A DNA stretch of 64,000 nt from Octopus sinensis (Eukaryota): positions 13,950,001 through 14,014,000 of the forward strand of contig NC_043005.1 in the NCBI RefSeq assembly GCF_006345805.1. The letters run 5' to 3'. Below the pieces are notes generated by a model, which was not told where the DNA came from, did not search any database, and saw nothing but the letters and a program-made list of their open reading frames with translations. Both the position numbers and the translations under genes were made by a program. Positions within the stretch are counted from its first letter, which is position 1; each line of letters begins with the position of its first letter. This document shows, in pieces, positions 41,181 to 53,621 of the stretch.

Positions 41181-42032
41181 GTCGATTACCACTGATGAAG
41201 CAGAGATCTAATCAAAATGATTCCATCCGTGACGATCCCGAATATTTGTCTTTACAACCGAGTGCATGAAGGAGCACAATATTTTATATGCCTTTCTCTT
41301 TTATTCGAGGGAGATGATTTAGTTCCACTCTCTCACAGATTAAACGACCGTTTAGAGATCTTGTCGTTGCCTCGTAAATTGAGGAGACTTACTTGTAATT
41401 TCTAGCGAATTTAACGACCGCGTACAGGGGTCTTTCATTGGTTCCTAAACTGAGATATTTAGTTGCTGTTTCTCGCAAGACGAGCAACCACATCGTCACA
41501 TCCTTGTTGGCTAGTGATTTAGCTATTATTTCTAGCAACTAAAACGACCAGTTAGAGACTCCCTAGCTTCTTCATGCACCCAGGGCCATTTGGAAGTGAT
41601 CACTGTTGTAAATAGAGTGACCACTTCAGGGCTCTTTTGTTTTCTTGTCTCATGAATCGGATGAGATTTTAGCCATTAATTAGCCTTTATCAATCATTTA
41701 AATTTAGAGAGATTTAGCTGCTAGTTCTAGCGGGTTTATTAAGTACGAGAAACCGCCTTCATTGACGCGTTATTGCCATAAGTGCCATAGAATGTCAAAC
41801 CACTGCACCTTAATTTCAGTGCCCTCAGAAGAATATTGTCCTTAAACTTAAACAAATGTTTCTTCCTGATTTCTGCTAGCTGTCGAAACCTGATAACAAT
41901 TTATCTCTCGCATTTCATATATATATATGTATGCGTGTGTGTGTATGGGTGTGTATGTACGTGTGTGTATGTACGTGTGTGTGCGTGTGTGTGTGTTATT
42001 ATATATAATAATAACATATAAAGTACATACAT

Positions 42033-42417
42033 ATGGAAGCACTCTGTCGGTTACGACGACGAGGGTTCCGATTGATCCGATCAACGGAACAGCCTGCTCG
42101 TGAAATCAACGTGTAAGTGGCTGAGCACTCCACAGACACGTTCACCCTTAACGTAGTTCTCGGGGATATTCAGCGTGACACAGAGAGTGACAAGGCCGGC
42201 CCTTTGATATACAGGTACAACAGAAACAGGAAGTAAGAGTGAGAGAAAGTTGTGGTGAAAGAGTACAGCAGGGATCACCACCATCCCCTGCCGGAGTCCC
42301 GTGGAGCTTTTAGGTGTTTTCGCTCAATAAACACTCACAACGCCCGGTCTGGGAATCGAAACCGCGATCCTACGACCGCGAGTCCGCTGCCCTAACCACT
42401 GGGCCATTGCGCCTCCA
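42033..42417 (-). mobile_element. SINE family C, full length
   Basis: Reverse complement of 30175-30556; an older related SINE lies at ~42475-42745. Confidence 0.92.
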
Positions 42418-43081
42418 CATACATGCATATATACATATGTCCGCATATATGTGTGTGTGTGTGTGTGTGTGTGTAACTGGTACTCCGTCGCTTACGACGA
42501 TGAGGGTTCAGGTGATCCGATCAGCGGAACAGCTTGCTCGTGAAATTAACGTTCAAATGGCTGAGAGCTCCACAGACACGTGTAGCCTTAACGTGACGAG
42601 GCTGGCCCGTTACCATACAGCTCAATGGACTGGAGTAACGTAAAATAAGGTGTCTTGTTCAAGTACACACTGCACCGTCGGGAATCGAACTGACGGCCTT
42701 GCGATCGTGAGCCGTATACCATAACCTTTAAGCCAGGCGCCTTCAGTATACGGGGTGGGTCACAATGAGCAATATTTATTGTATTTTTTACTGTGAGAAA
42801 AACATATATATTTTTTTACAAACGTTCATTGCCTTACAAAAACTATATCAGCTAAGCAAATGACCTTTAAATGCAGTAAAAACACTGTAACATATTCAGA
42901 ACAGTTTCAGAAAACTATCTTTGTTCCCTCTTTTTTTTTTCTCTCCACGATAACTGCAGTGGATTTGCCATTAGAAGGTGAAACATCACAAATATATTTG
43001 AACCGAACTAAAATTCATATACATTCTGCAATAGCGTCGACTCGTTTCCATGCCATAGCAGAAAACACTTGCATACACATA

Positions 43082-43591
43082 TCTATATATATAAAACTGT
43101 AGTTGTGTGAGTGTCTGTCCCCTTCGATTTAGATTCCTAACTACTCCCACATTTTGCAGTGCAGTTTAACCAAATTCGGGTATCTTATAGTCGTGATTCA
43201 TATCGAGCCCGTCTGAGTATTAGCGCGCGTCTACGATGAGTCTACGATTTTAAAAATAATTTAACATTATTTTTTATTCCATTTTAATGCATAATTTTTC
43301 GTGTGTCGATGGCGGCGGAGTTGGCGTCCACGGTGACACCTGCACCTGTTTGCTTCTTCCCCTTCTTCCCTCCTCGTGAAGCTGTGGGGAAGGGAGTGTA
43401 GGAAGCAACGTCGTAAAACGTTGTCAAGGAGACCAGCGTTCTTTTAGAACAACGACTTCATGGCTTGAAGACACCAAAACAGAAATGGCTAAGAAAGCCC
43501 GAATTGGCATCTATAAGGGAAGTAACTCTCTAAAAAATGCTTATATAGTTATTTCCCTTACAAACCCGAGCAACGCCGGGCGATACTGCTG
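43082..43591 (+). mobile_element. Non-autonomous Helitron (~510 bp)
   Basis: 5' a|TCtatatatataaaa; 3' hairpin cccgagcaacgccggg followed by cgatactgct; no TSD. Confidence 0.75.
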
Positions 43592-43598
43592 ATATTAT

Positions 43599-43634
<36 letters not shown>

Positions 43635-43761
43635 ACACACATATTATTGTAAGAAAAAAACGGTAAGATAACAAAAGAAAGAAAGAGACCTCGATATTAT
43701 GTAAAGGAGGAATTTATCTGTAAATGTAATATGTGACAATATTCGGGAGCCAAGATGGTCC

Positions 43762-43820
43762 ATAACTGAAGAGATGGTGGTGTGGATTTCCACCTCGGCA
43801 TCCGAAACTCAGAGTTTTAT
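43762..43820 (+). ncRNA. Hammerhead ribozyme motif in a (TA)n-flanked insert (43645-43860)
   Basis: AUAA CUGAAGA GAUG gugg..ccac cucgg CAUC C GAAAC UCaGA GUU| UUAU; enclosed by a 40-bp inverted repeat (43716-43756 / 43819-43860). Confidence 0.7.
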
Positions 43821-43887
43821 CTTGGCTGCCGAATAATTGTCACATATTACATTTGCAGATATATATACATATATATACATACATGTG

Positions 43888-43957
<70 letters not shown>

Positions 43958-43959
<2 letters not shown>

Positions 43960-44110
43960 GACAGGTTTCTTTCAATTTCCGTCTAGCAAATCCACTCACA
44001 AGGCTTTGGTCGGCCCGAGTTTCTAGCACTTGCCGAAGGTGCCACGTTGTGGACTGAATCCGGACCCATGTGGTTGGGAAGCGAGCTACTTATCACACAG
44101 CCACTCCTAC
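43958..44110 (-). mobile_element. SINE family B head
   Basis: Family match; a + strand tail lies at 44705-44898. Confidence 0.8.
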
Positions 44111-44114
44111 GTGC

Positions 44115-44178
<64 letters not shown>

Positions 44179-44240
44179 TATATATATATTAATATATATA
44201 TATATAATATATATATGTATATATATATCTATATATATAT

Positions 44241-44280
<40 letters not shown>

Positions 44281-44287
<7 letters not shown>

Positions 44288-44555
44288 TAATGAGAGTAGA
44301 AATTGATATCAGTCAATTAAGATCAATTGAAACCAGTGGTCTAGTGGTCTAGCATATTAAAAAATCCGAAGATTTAAAAATATATTACAATTATAAGAGG
44401 AATGACCACTAAAGTGGATTCCTATATGCTAGAGATAGAAAAAAAATCGCCTTACCACAAAGAGTGTGTTTTCAAGAAAAAATACCCCAGCAAACGTCTA
44501 TCTCTAGCGTATAGGAATCCACTTTAGTGGTCATCCCCTCTTATTAATTGTAATA
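44281..44555 (-). mobile_element. (TA)n-flanked insert with ~56-bp inverted duplication
   Basis: 44384-44439 inverted to 44497-44555. Confidence 0.7.
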
Positions 44556-44576
44556 CATACATATGCATATATATTA

Positions 44577-44644
<68 letters not shown>

Positions 44645-44646
44645 GC

Positions 44647-44678
<32 letters not shown>

Positions 44679-44914
44679 TATATATATTATATATATATAT
44701 ATATTGTCTGAGTTTGTCCCCATCATCGCTTGACAACCGATGTTGGCGTCTTTACGTCCCCATGACTTAGCGCTTCGGGAAAAGACAGAATAAGAACTAG
44801 GCTTGCAAAGAATAAGTCCTGGCGTCGATTTCTCCGACTAAAACCCTTTAGGCGGTGCTCCAGCATGGCCGCAGTCAAATGTCTGACCAAATAAAGGAAT
44901 ATATACACACATAC

Positions 44915-44971
<57 letters not shown>

Positions 44972-44976
<5 letters not shown>

Positions 44977-45225
44977 TAAATTAGAGATAAAACCACTATT
45001 AGGCAAATCATACAATGAAAAACTTAAGCCTTATACACAAGATTAATTAATTTATATTATTTTATATTTAATTATATGTATTGGCTTGAGTTTTTCATTG
45101 TATGATTTGCCTAAGTGGTTTTATCTCTAATCTAATATAATATAATATTTTACTATAAAATTGGATTCAATCCTAAATCTGATTTTTCCCTGTAAGTTTG
45201 GAGATTTATTTCCCTAATATTTTAT
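44972..45225 (+). mobile_element. (TA)n-flanked insert with ~60-bp inverted duplication
   Basis: 44972-45036 inverted to 45078-45138; tail homologous to 21660-21792. Confidence 0.7.
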
Positions 45226-45317
<92 letters not shown>

Positions 45318-45392
45318 CTAAAGATATATACATATATATAGCTAACTTAGCTAACTAGATAGATATATAAATAGATAGATAGATAGATAGAT

Positions 45393-45490
<98 letters not shown>

Positions 45491-45603
45491 TCTGTCCCAT
45501 ACACTTAGCGGGCGTATGCTTGTATTCGTTGCACTAAATTGACCTGATCTGACATGAAACATATCTCAGCTGTGAATTCTTAAACCTTATCTCTCTCTCT
45601 CTT

Positions 45604-45634
<31 letters not shown>

Positions 45635-46101
45635 AGTAAATGCACATACATACAATGCATTGATACATATGCTGAGTTCTGATCCACTGTGGTGTTCACT
45701 TACATACAAATAGGTGGAAGCGGTATTATTATTTCAAGTGTATGAAGTACGATCCCGTCCTACTACTGACGACAAGGTATTAACACCGTCGTTATAGACT
45801 GATAGGCCTTATCGTCTCGGTATTTTTATGACACTCATGAATGTGCATACGTGCAAAAGAACATGTGTGTGTGTGTGTGTGTGTAAGCGAGAACGCTGTG
45901 TGGTCATGTATGTGTGTGTGAGAGAGAGTCATAGACAGGTAGTATTGCGCTGGCAGGCTGCGATAGCGATGCAGTTTCGATTCTTAGTTGAAGTATTTCA
46001 CTTATCGTGTTCATGGTTTTCCGGTCAGGATAGAAGGATGAACGTGGAATGAAACCTCCGGTGTGTTCTTATAACACAACTGTTTTGAGAGATAACGACT
46101 A

Positions 46102-46255
46102 TATGTATGTATGTATTTATGTATGTATGTATGTATGTATGTATGTATGTACGTACGTATGTATGTATGTATGTATGTACGTATGTATGTATGTATGTAT
46201 GTATGTATGTATGTATGTATGTATGTGCGTACGTATGTATGTATGTATGTACGTA

Positions 46256-46291
<36 letters not shown>

Positions 46292-46945
46292 TGTATGTAT
46301 GTATGTATGAATGTATGAATGTATGTATGTATGTACGTACGTATGTATGTATGTACGTATGTATGTATGTATGTATGCATGTATGTATGTATGATTATAT
46401 GTATGTATGTATGTACGTATGTATGTATGTATGTATGTATGTATGTATGTATGAATGTATGTATGTATGTATGTATGTATGTACGTACGTATGTATGTAT
46501 GTACGTATGTATGTATGTATGTATGTATGTATGTATGAATGTATGTATGTATGTATGTACGTATGTATGTATGTATGTATGTACGTATGTATGTATGTAT
46601 GTATGTATGTATGTATGTATGTATGTATGTATGTACGTATGTATGTATGTATGAATGTATGTATGTATGCATGTATGTATGTATGTATGTATGTATGTAT
46701 GTATGTATGTATGCATGTATGTATGTATGAATGTATGTATGTATGTATGTACGTATGTATGTATGTATGTATATATGTACGTATGTATGTATGTATGAAT
46801 GTATGTATGTATGTATGTACGTATGTATGTATGTATGAATGTATGTATGTATGTATGTATGTATGCATGTATGTATGTATGAATGTATGTATGTATGCAT
46901 GTATGTATGTATGTATGTATGTATGTATGTATGTATGTATGTACG
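46102..46945. repeat. ~840-bp (TATG)n microsatellite
   Basis: Visible directly; accounts for the MYVC/HTYI ORFs. Confidence 0.95.
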
Positions 46946-46989
46946 GATACATGTGTGTGTGTATTATGTATATAAATCTTTTATTTTTT

Positions 46990-47374
46990 TTTTGTTTCAG
47001 TCATTTGATTGCGGTCATGCTGGGGCTCCGCCCTGAAGTGTTTTTCGTCGAACAAATCCACGTCAGGACTTTTTTCAGCCTGGTACTTATTCTATCGTTC
47101 TCTTATTGCCGAACTGCTAGCTTGCGGGAACGTAAACACACCACTACCGATTGCCAAGCAGTGATGGGGACACAGACACATAGATATAGATATAGATATT
47201 GACATATATCTATGCGACAGGCTTCTTTCAGTTTCCGTCTACCAAATCTACTCACAAGACTTTGTCCGGCCCGAGGCTATAGGAGACACTTGCCCAAGGT
47301 GCCACTTTGCGGGACTGAACCCGAAACCAAGTGGTTGAGACGCAAGCTTCTTACCACACATTCACTCCTGTGCC
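46990..47374 (-). mobile_element. SINE family B, older full-length copy
   Basis: Tail 46990-47180, head 47213-47374. Confidence 0.82.
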
Positions 47375-47559
47375 ATAAATGAATAGAAAATGGAGATATA
47401 TACAATTGCCAATTCAAACATTAAAACTTATTAACATCATACTATAATAATAATATAATACAATAACGAAATATATAATAATAAAACATAATATAACATA
47501 ATATAATGAATAATAAATATTAAATACACATTACATACAACTGTTTCGATTCTTACCCA

Positions 47560-47592
<33 letters not shown>

Positions 47593-47622
47593 TATAATAT
47601 ATATATAATATATATAATATAT

Positions 47623-47671
<49 letters not shown>

Positions 47672-47851
47672 TATATTCTAAAATTTTCGGCATGTGGTTA
47701 AGCAACTTGTTGCAAAAAACCCTTTTTATTATAATATATAACTTTTACCGATATGGTCCTTTCCATACCGAAATACTACTAGTTGAAATTGTTAATTTTA
47801 TAAATTATTATATTTCACCCTATATCTGTAATGACTATATATATATTATAT

Positions 47852-47926
<75 letters not shown>

Positions 47927-48392
47927 ATTATATATTGATTCCTATGGTATTTTCTATAAAATGACAAGGTGAGTTAGCCTGACCCTAGGCAATGGAGTAA
48001 CGTCACAGATGAGGATTAATTCTGTCCGAAATCAGCGGTGATCTGGTGCTCTCACTTGCTGCAGGGTGGTTGTTTCCCCTGTCAGTCTATAGATAGTGCT
48101 CTGCCCGTGGCTACTAGTTGTTTTAACTCGTATTTCCAGCAATACTGGTGCTGACTTGCATCCTTAATCACTGTAGTGCCAAAAATTTAACGGGAACAAA
48201 ACAAATAGATGCTTCATGTACGAAGCGTCCAAAAGATCATAAGAATTTTGCGCCTTTTACGATGAAATTGTTCACTTTTGGTGGCGCCAGCGGCGAGAAA
48301 ACACTGGGAATAGCTAACGAACGCACAAGACAATGACGAAAACAAACACGACAAAATATGGATATGCGAACAAGATAGAATAATTATACATA

Positions 48393-49681
48393 CGAGGGGC
48401 GTTCAATAAGTAACGCCTCTGACCCACTTGCAGTTGATTGATCTAGCTGAAATTTTGCATGTGCAATTACCTATATCTCTATAGATTAAGTGGCAAATTA
48501 CAGCTCTGAACTAATTGTGGTTTCTGATTTACAGGTGTTTCAACTGAGTCAAGTGTGAAACGGAGCCTGTTGAGTGTCGAGCAGTGATCCGGTTTTTGTA
48601 TTTGAAAGGACGCACACCACGGGAGACTTTTGATGAAATAAAAGTAACTTATGGTGATGATGCCCCATCATATGACCTTGTAAAACGCTGGCATCGTGAA
48701 TTCAAACATTGTCGGAACTTTGTGGAAACAGCTCCCAGATCTGGTCGCCCCCTTCTGCCATTGATGAGGCATCTGTCCGTCAAGTTGAGGCTGCCATTTT
48801 GGAAGATCGACGCATAACTATTCGCGAAATAGCCCATGAGGTCAAGATTAGTACCGGGTCTGTGGAAACTATCATTCATGACCATTTGCATATGCAAAAG
48901 GTGTCTGCCAGATGGATTCCCAGGCTGCTCACACCTTTCCAGAAGCAAGAACGCGTCGATAGCGCGAGGATGAATTTGAAGATGTGCCAAGAAGATGAGT
49001 CAAAATTTTTGAAAAGACTGATTACACAGGATGAAACCTGGGTCCATCACTATGATCCAGAGACCAAAGCCCAGTCAATGCAGTCGAAGCACCGTGACTC
49101 ACCTCATCCAAAGAAGGCAAGGGTGCAGCCCTCCGCTGGCAAGGTCATGCTCACAGTCTTCTGGGACCAGGACGGAGTAGTGATGACAGATTTCTTGGCA
49201 AAGGGTGCCACAATTACAGGAGTCTATTATGCTTCACTTTTGAGGAAATTAAGAGAAGCTATCAAAATCAAGAGGCGGAACAAGGTCAGCAAAGGCATCC
49301 TCCTCCTGCAGTACAACACTCCAGTCCACAACTCGCTCGTCGCCAGATCAGAAGCACAGGCGTGCGGCTATGAACTCCTCCCCCATCACCCCTACTCTCT
49401 TGACCTTGCACCCTCTGATTTTCACCTCTTCCCAGCCATGAAGTTGTTTTTGAAAGGAAAGCGTTTCCCAGATGATGCAGCCTTGATTTCTGAAGTCACG
49501 TCGTGGTTAGAGGACCAAGCTGGGGTCTTCTACAAAAACGGTCTTCAGAGCTGCATCAAACGATGGGAGAAATGCATAACTCTGGGTGGTTCCTATGTAG
49601 AAAAAGACTAACTGTGCCAAGTTTCGTTGCTCTACTGCTATGGGAAGTGGGTCAGGGGCATTACTTATTGAACGCCCCTCG
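48393..49681 (+). mobile_element. Full-length mariner transposon (1289 bp), inactivated
   Basis: TIRs cgaggggcgttcaataagtaacgcctctgacccactt / aagtgggtcaggggcattacttattgaacgcccctcg, TA TSD at 48391-92 and 49682-83. Confidence 0.96.
48560..49611 (+). pseudogene. Mariner DD34D transposase pseudogene
   Basis: Start ATG>ACG at 48560; frameshift at ~48750; motifs WIPRLL, TQDETW, YSLDLAPSDFHLF; second catalytic D replaced (LLQYNTPVH for HDNA.PH). Confidence 0.92.
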
Positions 49682-49710
49682 TATACAGCGGAAAATGCCC
49701 GTGCGGTCGC

Positions 49711-50490
49711 AGGCGCAGGTGTGACTGTGGTAAGAAGCATGCTTCCCAATTACATAGTCCCATGTTCAGTCCCACTGTGTGGCACCTTGGGCAAGTGTCT
49801 TCTACTCTAGCCGCGGGCCGACCAAAGCCTTGTGAGTGAATATGAGTGTATGTTTTTGTGTCTGTTTGTCTCCCCCACCACAAATTGACAACCGGTGTCG
49901 GAGTGTTTGCGTCACCGTAACTTAGCGGTTCGACAAGACACCGATAGAATAAGTATCAGGCCAAAGAGGAAATAAGTACAAGAGTCGATTAATTCGACAA
50001 AAAATTCTTTAAAGGGATTTCCCAGCAATGCTGCAGTCTATTGAATGAAACAAGTGAGATATACTCTTTTACTCTTTTACTTGTTTCAGTCATTTGACTG
50101 CAGCCATGCTGGAGCACCGTCTTTAGTCGAGCAAATCGACCCCAGAACTTATTCTTTGTAACCCTAGTACTTATTCTATCGGACTCTATTGCCGAACCGC
50201 TAAGTGACGGGGATGTAAACACACCAGCATTGGTTATCGAGCGATGTTGGTGGGGGACAAATACAGACACACAAACACATACACACACATGCATACATAC
50301 ATATATACATACATATATACATATATACGACAGGCTTCTTTCAGTTTCCGTCTACCAAATCCACTCACAAGGTTTTGGTCGGCCAGAGGCTATAGTAAAA
50401 GACACTTGCCCAAGGTGCCACGCAGTTGAAATGAACCCGGAACCATGTGGTTGGTAAGCAAGCTACTTACCACACAGTCACTCCTGCGCC
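49711..50490. mobile_element. Tail-to-tail pair of SINE family B (49711-50057 +, 50063-50490 -)
   Basis: Both match family B in opposite orientations, about 5 bp apart. Confidence 0.88.
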
Positions 50491-50997
50491 TATTTATTAT
50501 TTTTATCATAATAAGAGATTTTGTTTCTTTACGGCAACAGCAGTGAATTTGCCTTTAGTAGTTAAAATATGTCACTAGCACATTTTAACGAACTTAATGG
50601 TAGTTTTTACCTAATCACTGCTTGGCGCTGATGCTGCTATTTTTATCCCGATAAGGTGGACTACTAGCACAAGTCAGTCACTGATATTGCCTGCTTTTAG
50701 CTAAAGCTACGGATTTGAATTGGCGCAGAGATATCTCCTTTCGGTAATTCCATTGAGTAAGACTAAATGGCCAGAACGGAGCGTCAGGAAATTCGATATG
50801 GGGAAGCATTTGGGCAGATATGATGTTTATACACCTTTTACGATAAGATACAAGTGAATTTTTTTCCCGCAGTAACTGCAGAGAATTTGTTTTTAGAAAT
50901 TAAAATATGTCACAAATACATTTTAACTAAAGTTATATATATATATATATATATAAACATATATATATATTTGTACATGCGTATTTTATGTATATAT

Positions 50998-51028
<31 letters not shown>

Positions 51029-51147
51029 GTATGTACGTATGTGTGTGTGTGTTTATGTGTAAGTGTGTATATATATATACGTATATGTATATTTATGTAT
51101 ATATAATATATATGTATAAGTGGGTGTATATGTTATATGTGTATATA

Positions 51148-51223
<76 letters not shown>

Positions 51224-51255
51224 CATAATATATATATATATACATATATATATAT

Positions 51256-51302
<47 letters not shown>

Positions 51303-52215
51303 TATATATACTTGTGACTGAGGATGTCCACTACCACCACCGCTTGATAAGTGATGTTATGTTTATGTCAGTCAAAGAGACAGATAGACTATGTACTAGG
51401 TCTCAGGAAAAGTGCTGGAGTCGATTCATTCGACTAAAAATTCTTCAAGGCGGTGCCCCAGCATGGCCGCAGTCAAATGACTGAAACAAGTAAAACATAA
51501 AACGTGTATATATATATATATGTATATACATATATCTATCTATATATGTATATATATGTGTGTGTGTGTGCATATATATATGTATGTATATATATATATG
51601 TGTGTGTGTGTGCATATATATATGTATGTATATATATATATGTGTGTGTGTGTATGTATGTATATAAGTAAATATGTGGAGTTGAACGCAGGTATTATTC
51701 CAATTCTTTTACTTTCGATATATGTTTCGAAGACAACATTGGTTTTAGTCCAAAGGAATAAACGGTGTAAAATAATGTAATCTTCTCATCAAGAAAGAAA
51801 GAGAACCTTTCTCAACAACAAGACATTATAACAATTTGATGATTGTATAAATGATAAACAGAACATTATTAAGCATTTTTTTAAAAACCGTTAGTAGATC
51901 TGACGTCAAATGCAGACCCTAGGAAGAGAAGGGGTAAAGAAATAATAAGTAGAGAACAATAAAGTGAGATACACTGGTTGAAAAAATGTTCAACGGCTTG
52001 GTGGTAGATTCCTCTATTGAAGTAAAGTGCAAGGTGAACTAAATGTTCAAACTATACAGACTGGTATAAATCACTCATATGAGCTAAAGGTCGCTCTATA
52101 AATGTGTTAACATGGTGATTCTTAGAGAAGAGAATACTCTTTTACTCTTTTACTTGTTTCAGTCATTTGACTGCGGCCATGCTGGAGCACCGCCTTTAGT
52201 TATTGTTATTATTAT

Positions 52216-52283
52216 TCAGGTTACTGCCTGGAATCGAACTCAGAATCTTGGGGTTAGTAGCCCACACTCTTAACCACTACGCC
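52216..52283 (-). mobile_element. Second copy of the tRNA-like head of the 35519-35915 element
   Basis: tcaggttactgcctggaatcgaactcagaatcttggggttagtagcccacactcttaaccactacgcc aligns to 35692-35758, with the same (AAT) linker start. Confidence 0.8.
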
Positions 52284-52298
52284 TGTGTATATATATGT

Positions 52299-52337
<39 letters not shown>

Positions 52338-53060
52338 TATATATATATATATGTATGTATATGTATATCTGTATATATATATATAAGTATATATGTATGT
52401 ATATGTATATATGTATATATGCAAACATGTATAGGTATATACGTATATACGTATATGTATATGTATATGTGTTTATGTATATTCTAGCTGGTGTTCCCGG
52501 TGATTCCCGAGGGTAAAGATGTTCTATTGAAACGCCTTATTACTCTGATATAAGAAAGCAATTTCGTTATAACTGCCTCAAAAGATTATTTTCCGTCGCA
52601 GAAAAGTACAAAAAACTGTCAGCTGGAAGAAGGAGAGGGTGTTGGAGGTTGGTGAGAGAGGTTTTCGGAGGTTGGCGAGAAAGTACTCTGACACGTTGTG
52701 ACATTTTAAAGGTGAACTTTATGAAGGCTAATTTATTAAAGGTAATATATGAATGTAGTATATATGTATATAAATATATGAATGAAGTGTTTAATGTTTA
52801 AGAATGAAATGAAGAAAGTGCAATAATAATCTTCGCACTCACTGATAGTCGCTCTCATTAACTGACTTTAGCTTACGGAGTTCTTGTTTTTATAACTATC
52901 GAAATGCCGAGGGATAAACATTTTGTTGAGAACAAATGATTTCGCTGGAGGTCTGTTATCTCAATTCCAGCCCCTGATGGCCTAGAAGAGGTTAGAAGGG
53001 TCGAGTGAGGTTATCGAGTCTTGCTTCGGTTAAGATTAAATAATATAAACTAGTCCTATT

Positions 53061-53447
53061 GTGAAGGCGCATGGCTCAGTGATTAGAGCGTTGAGCTTAC
53101 GTTCATGAGGTTGTGAGTTCGATTCCTGATCGGGCTGCGTGTTGTGTTCTTGAGCAAGGCACTATATTTCACGTTGCTCCAGTTAACTCAGCTGTAGAAA
53201 TGAGTTACGACATCACTGGTGCAAGGTTGTCTCCGACTTTAACATCAGTGGTGTGGAAAGAGGAGTAAGAGTGAGAGAAAGTTGTGGTGAAAGAGTACAG
53301 CAGGGATCACCAACATCCCTGCCGGAGCCTCGTGGAGCTTTAGATGTTTTCGCTCAATAAACACTCACAACGCCCGGTCTGGGAATCGAAACTGCGATCC
53401 TACGACCGCGAGTCCGCTGCCCTAACCACTGGGCCATTGCGCCTCCA
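53061..53447. mobile_element. SINE family D head (+, 53061-53260) abutting a partial family C copy (-, 53262-53447)
   Basis: Match 59420-59560 and 30175-30360 respectively. Confidence 0.8.
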
Positions 53448-53553
53448 TATATATATACATGTCCTATGCCCACACATGCATATATATATTATTTATATAT
53501 CATATATATATACATACACACACATATGTGTATATATGTATATATGTACATGT

Positions 53554-53619
<66 letters not shown>

Positions 53620-53621
<2 letters not shown>

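Noticed and set aside
46025-47202. Long ORFs such as 363 aa MYVC and 291 aa HTYI, and all similar [12 protein letters not shown] and poly-N/I ORFs
   Set aside because: Stop-free translations of microsatellites.
48709-49611. Intact or domesticated mariner transposase (300-aa ORF)
   Set aside because: Start codon lost, frameshift in the HTH region, catalytic D replaced by Y, TIRs still present.
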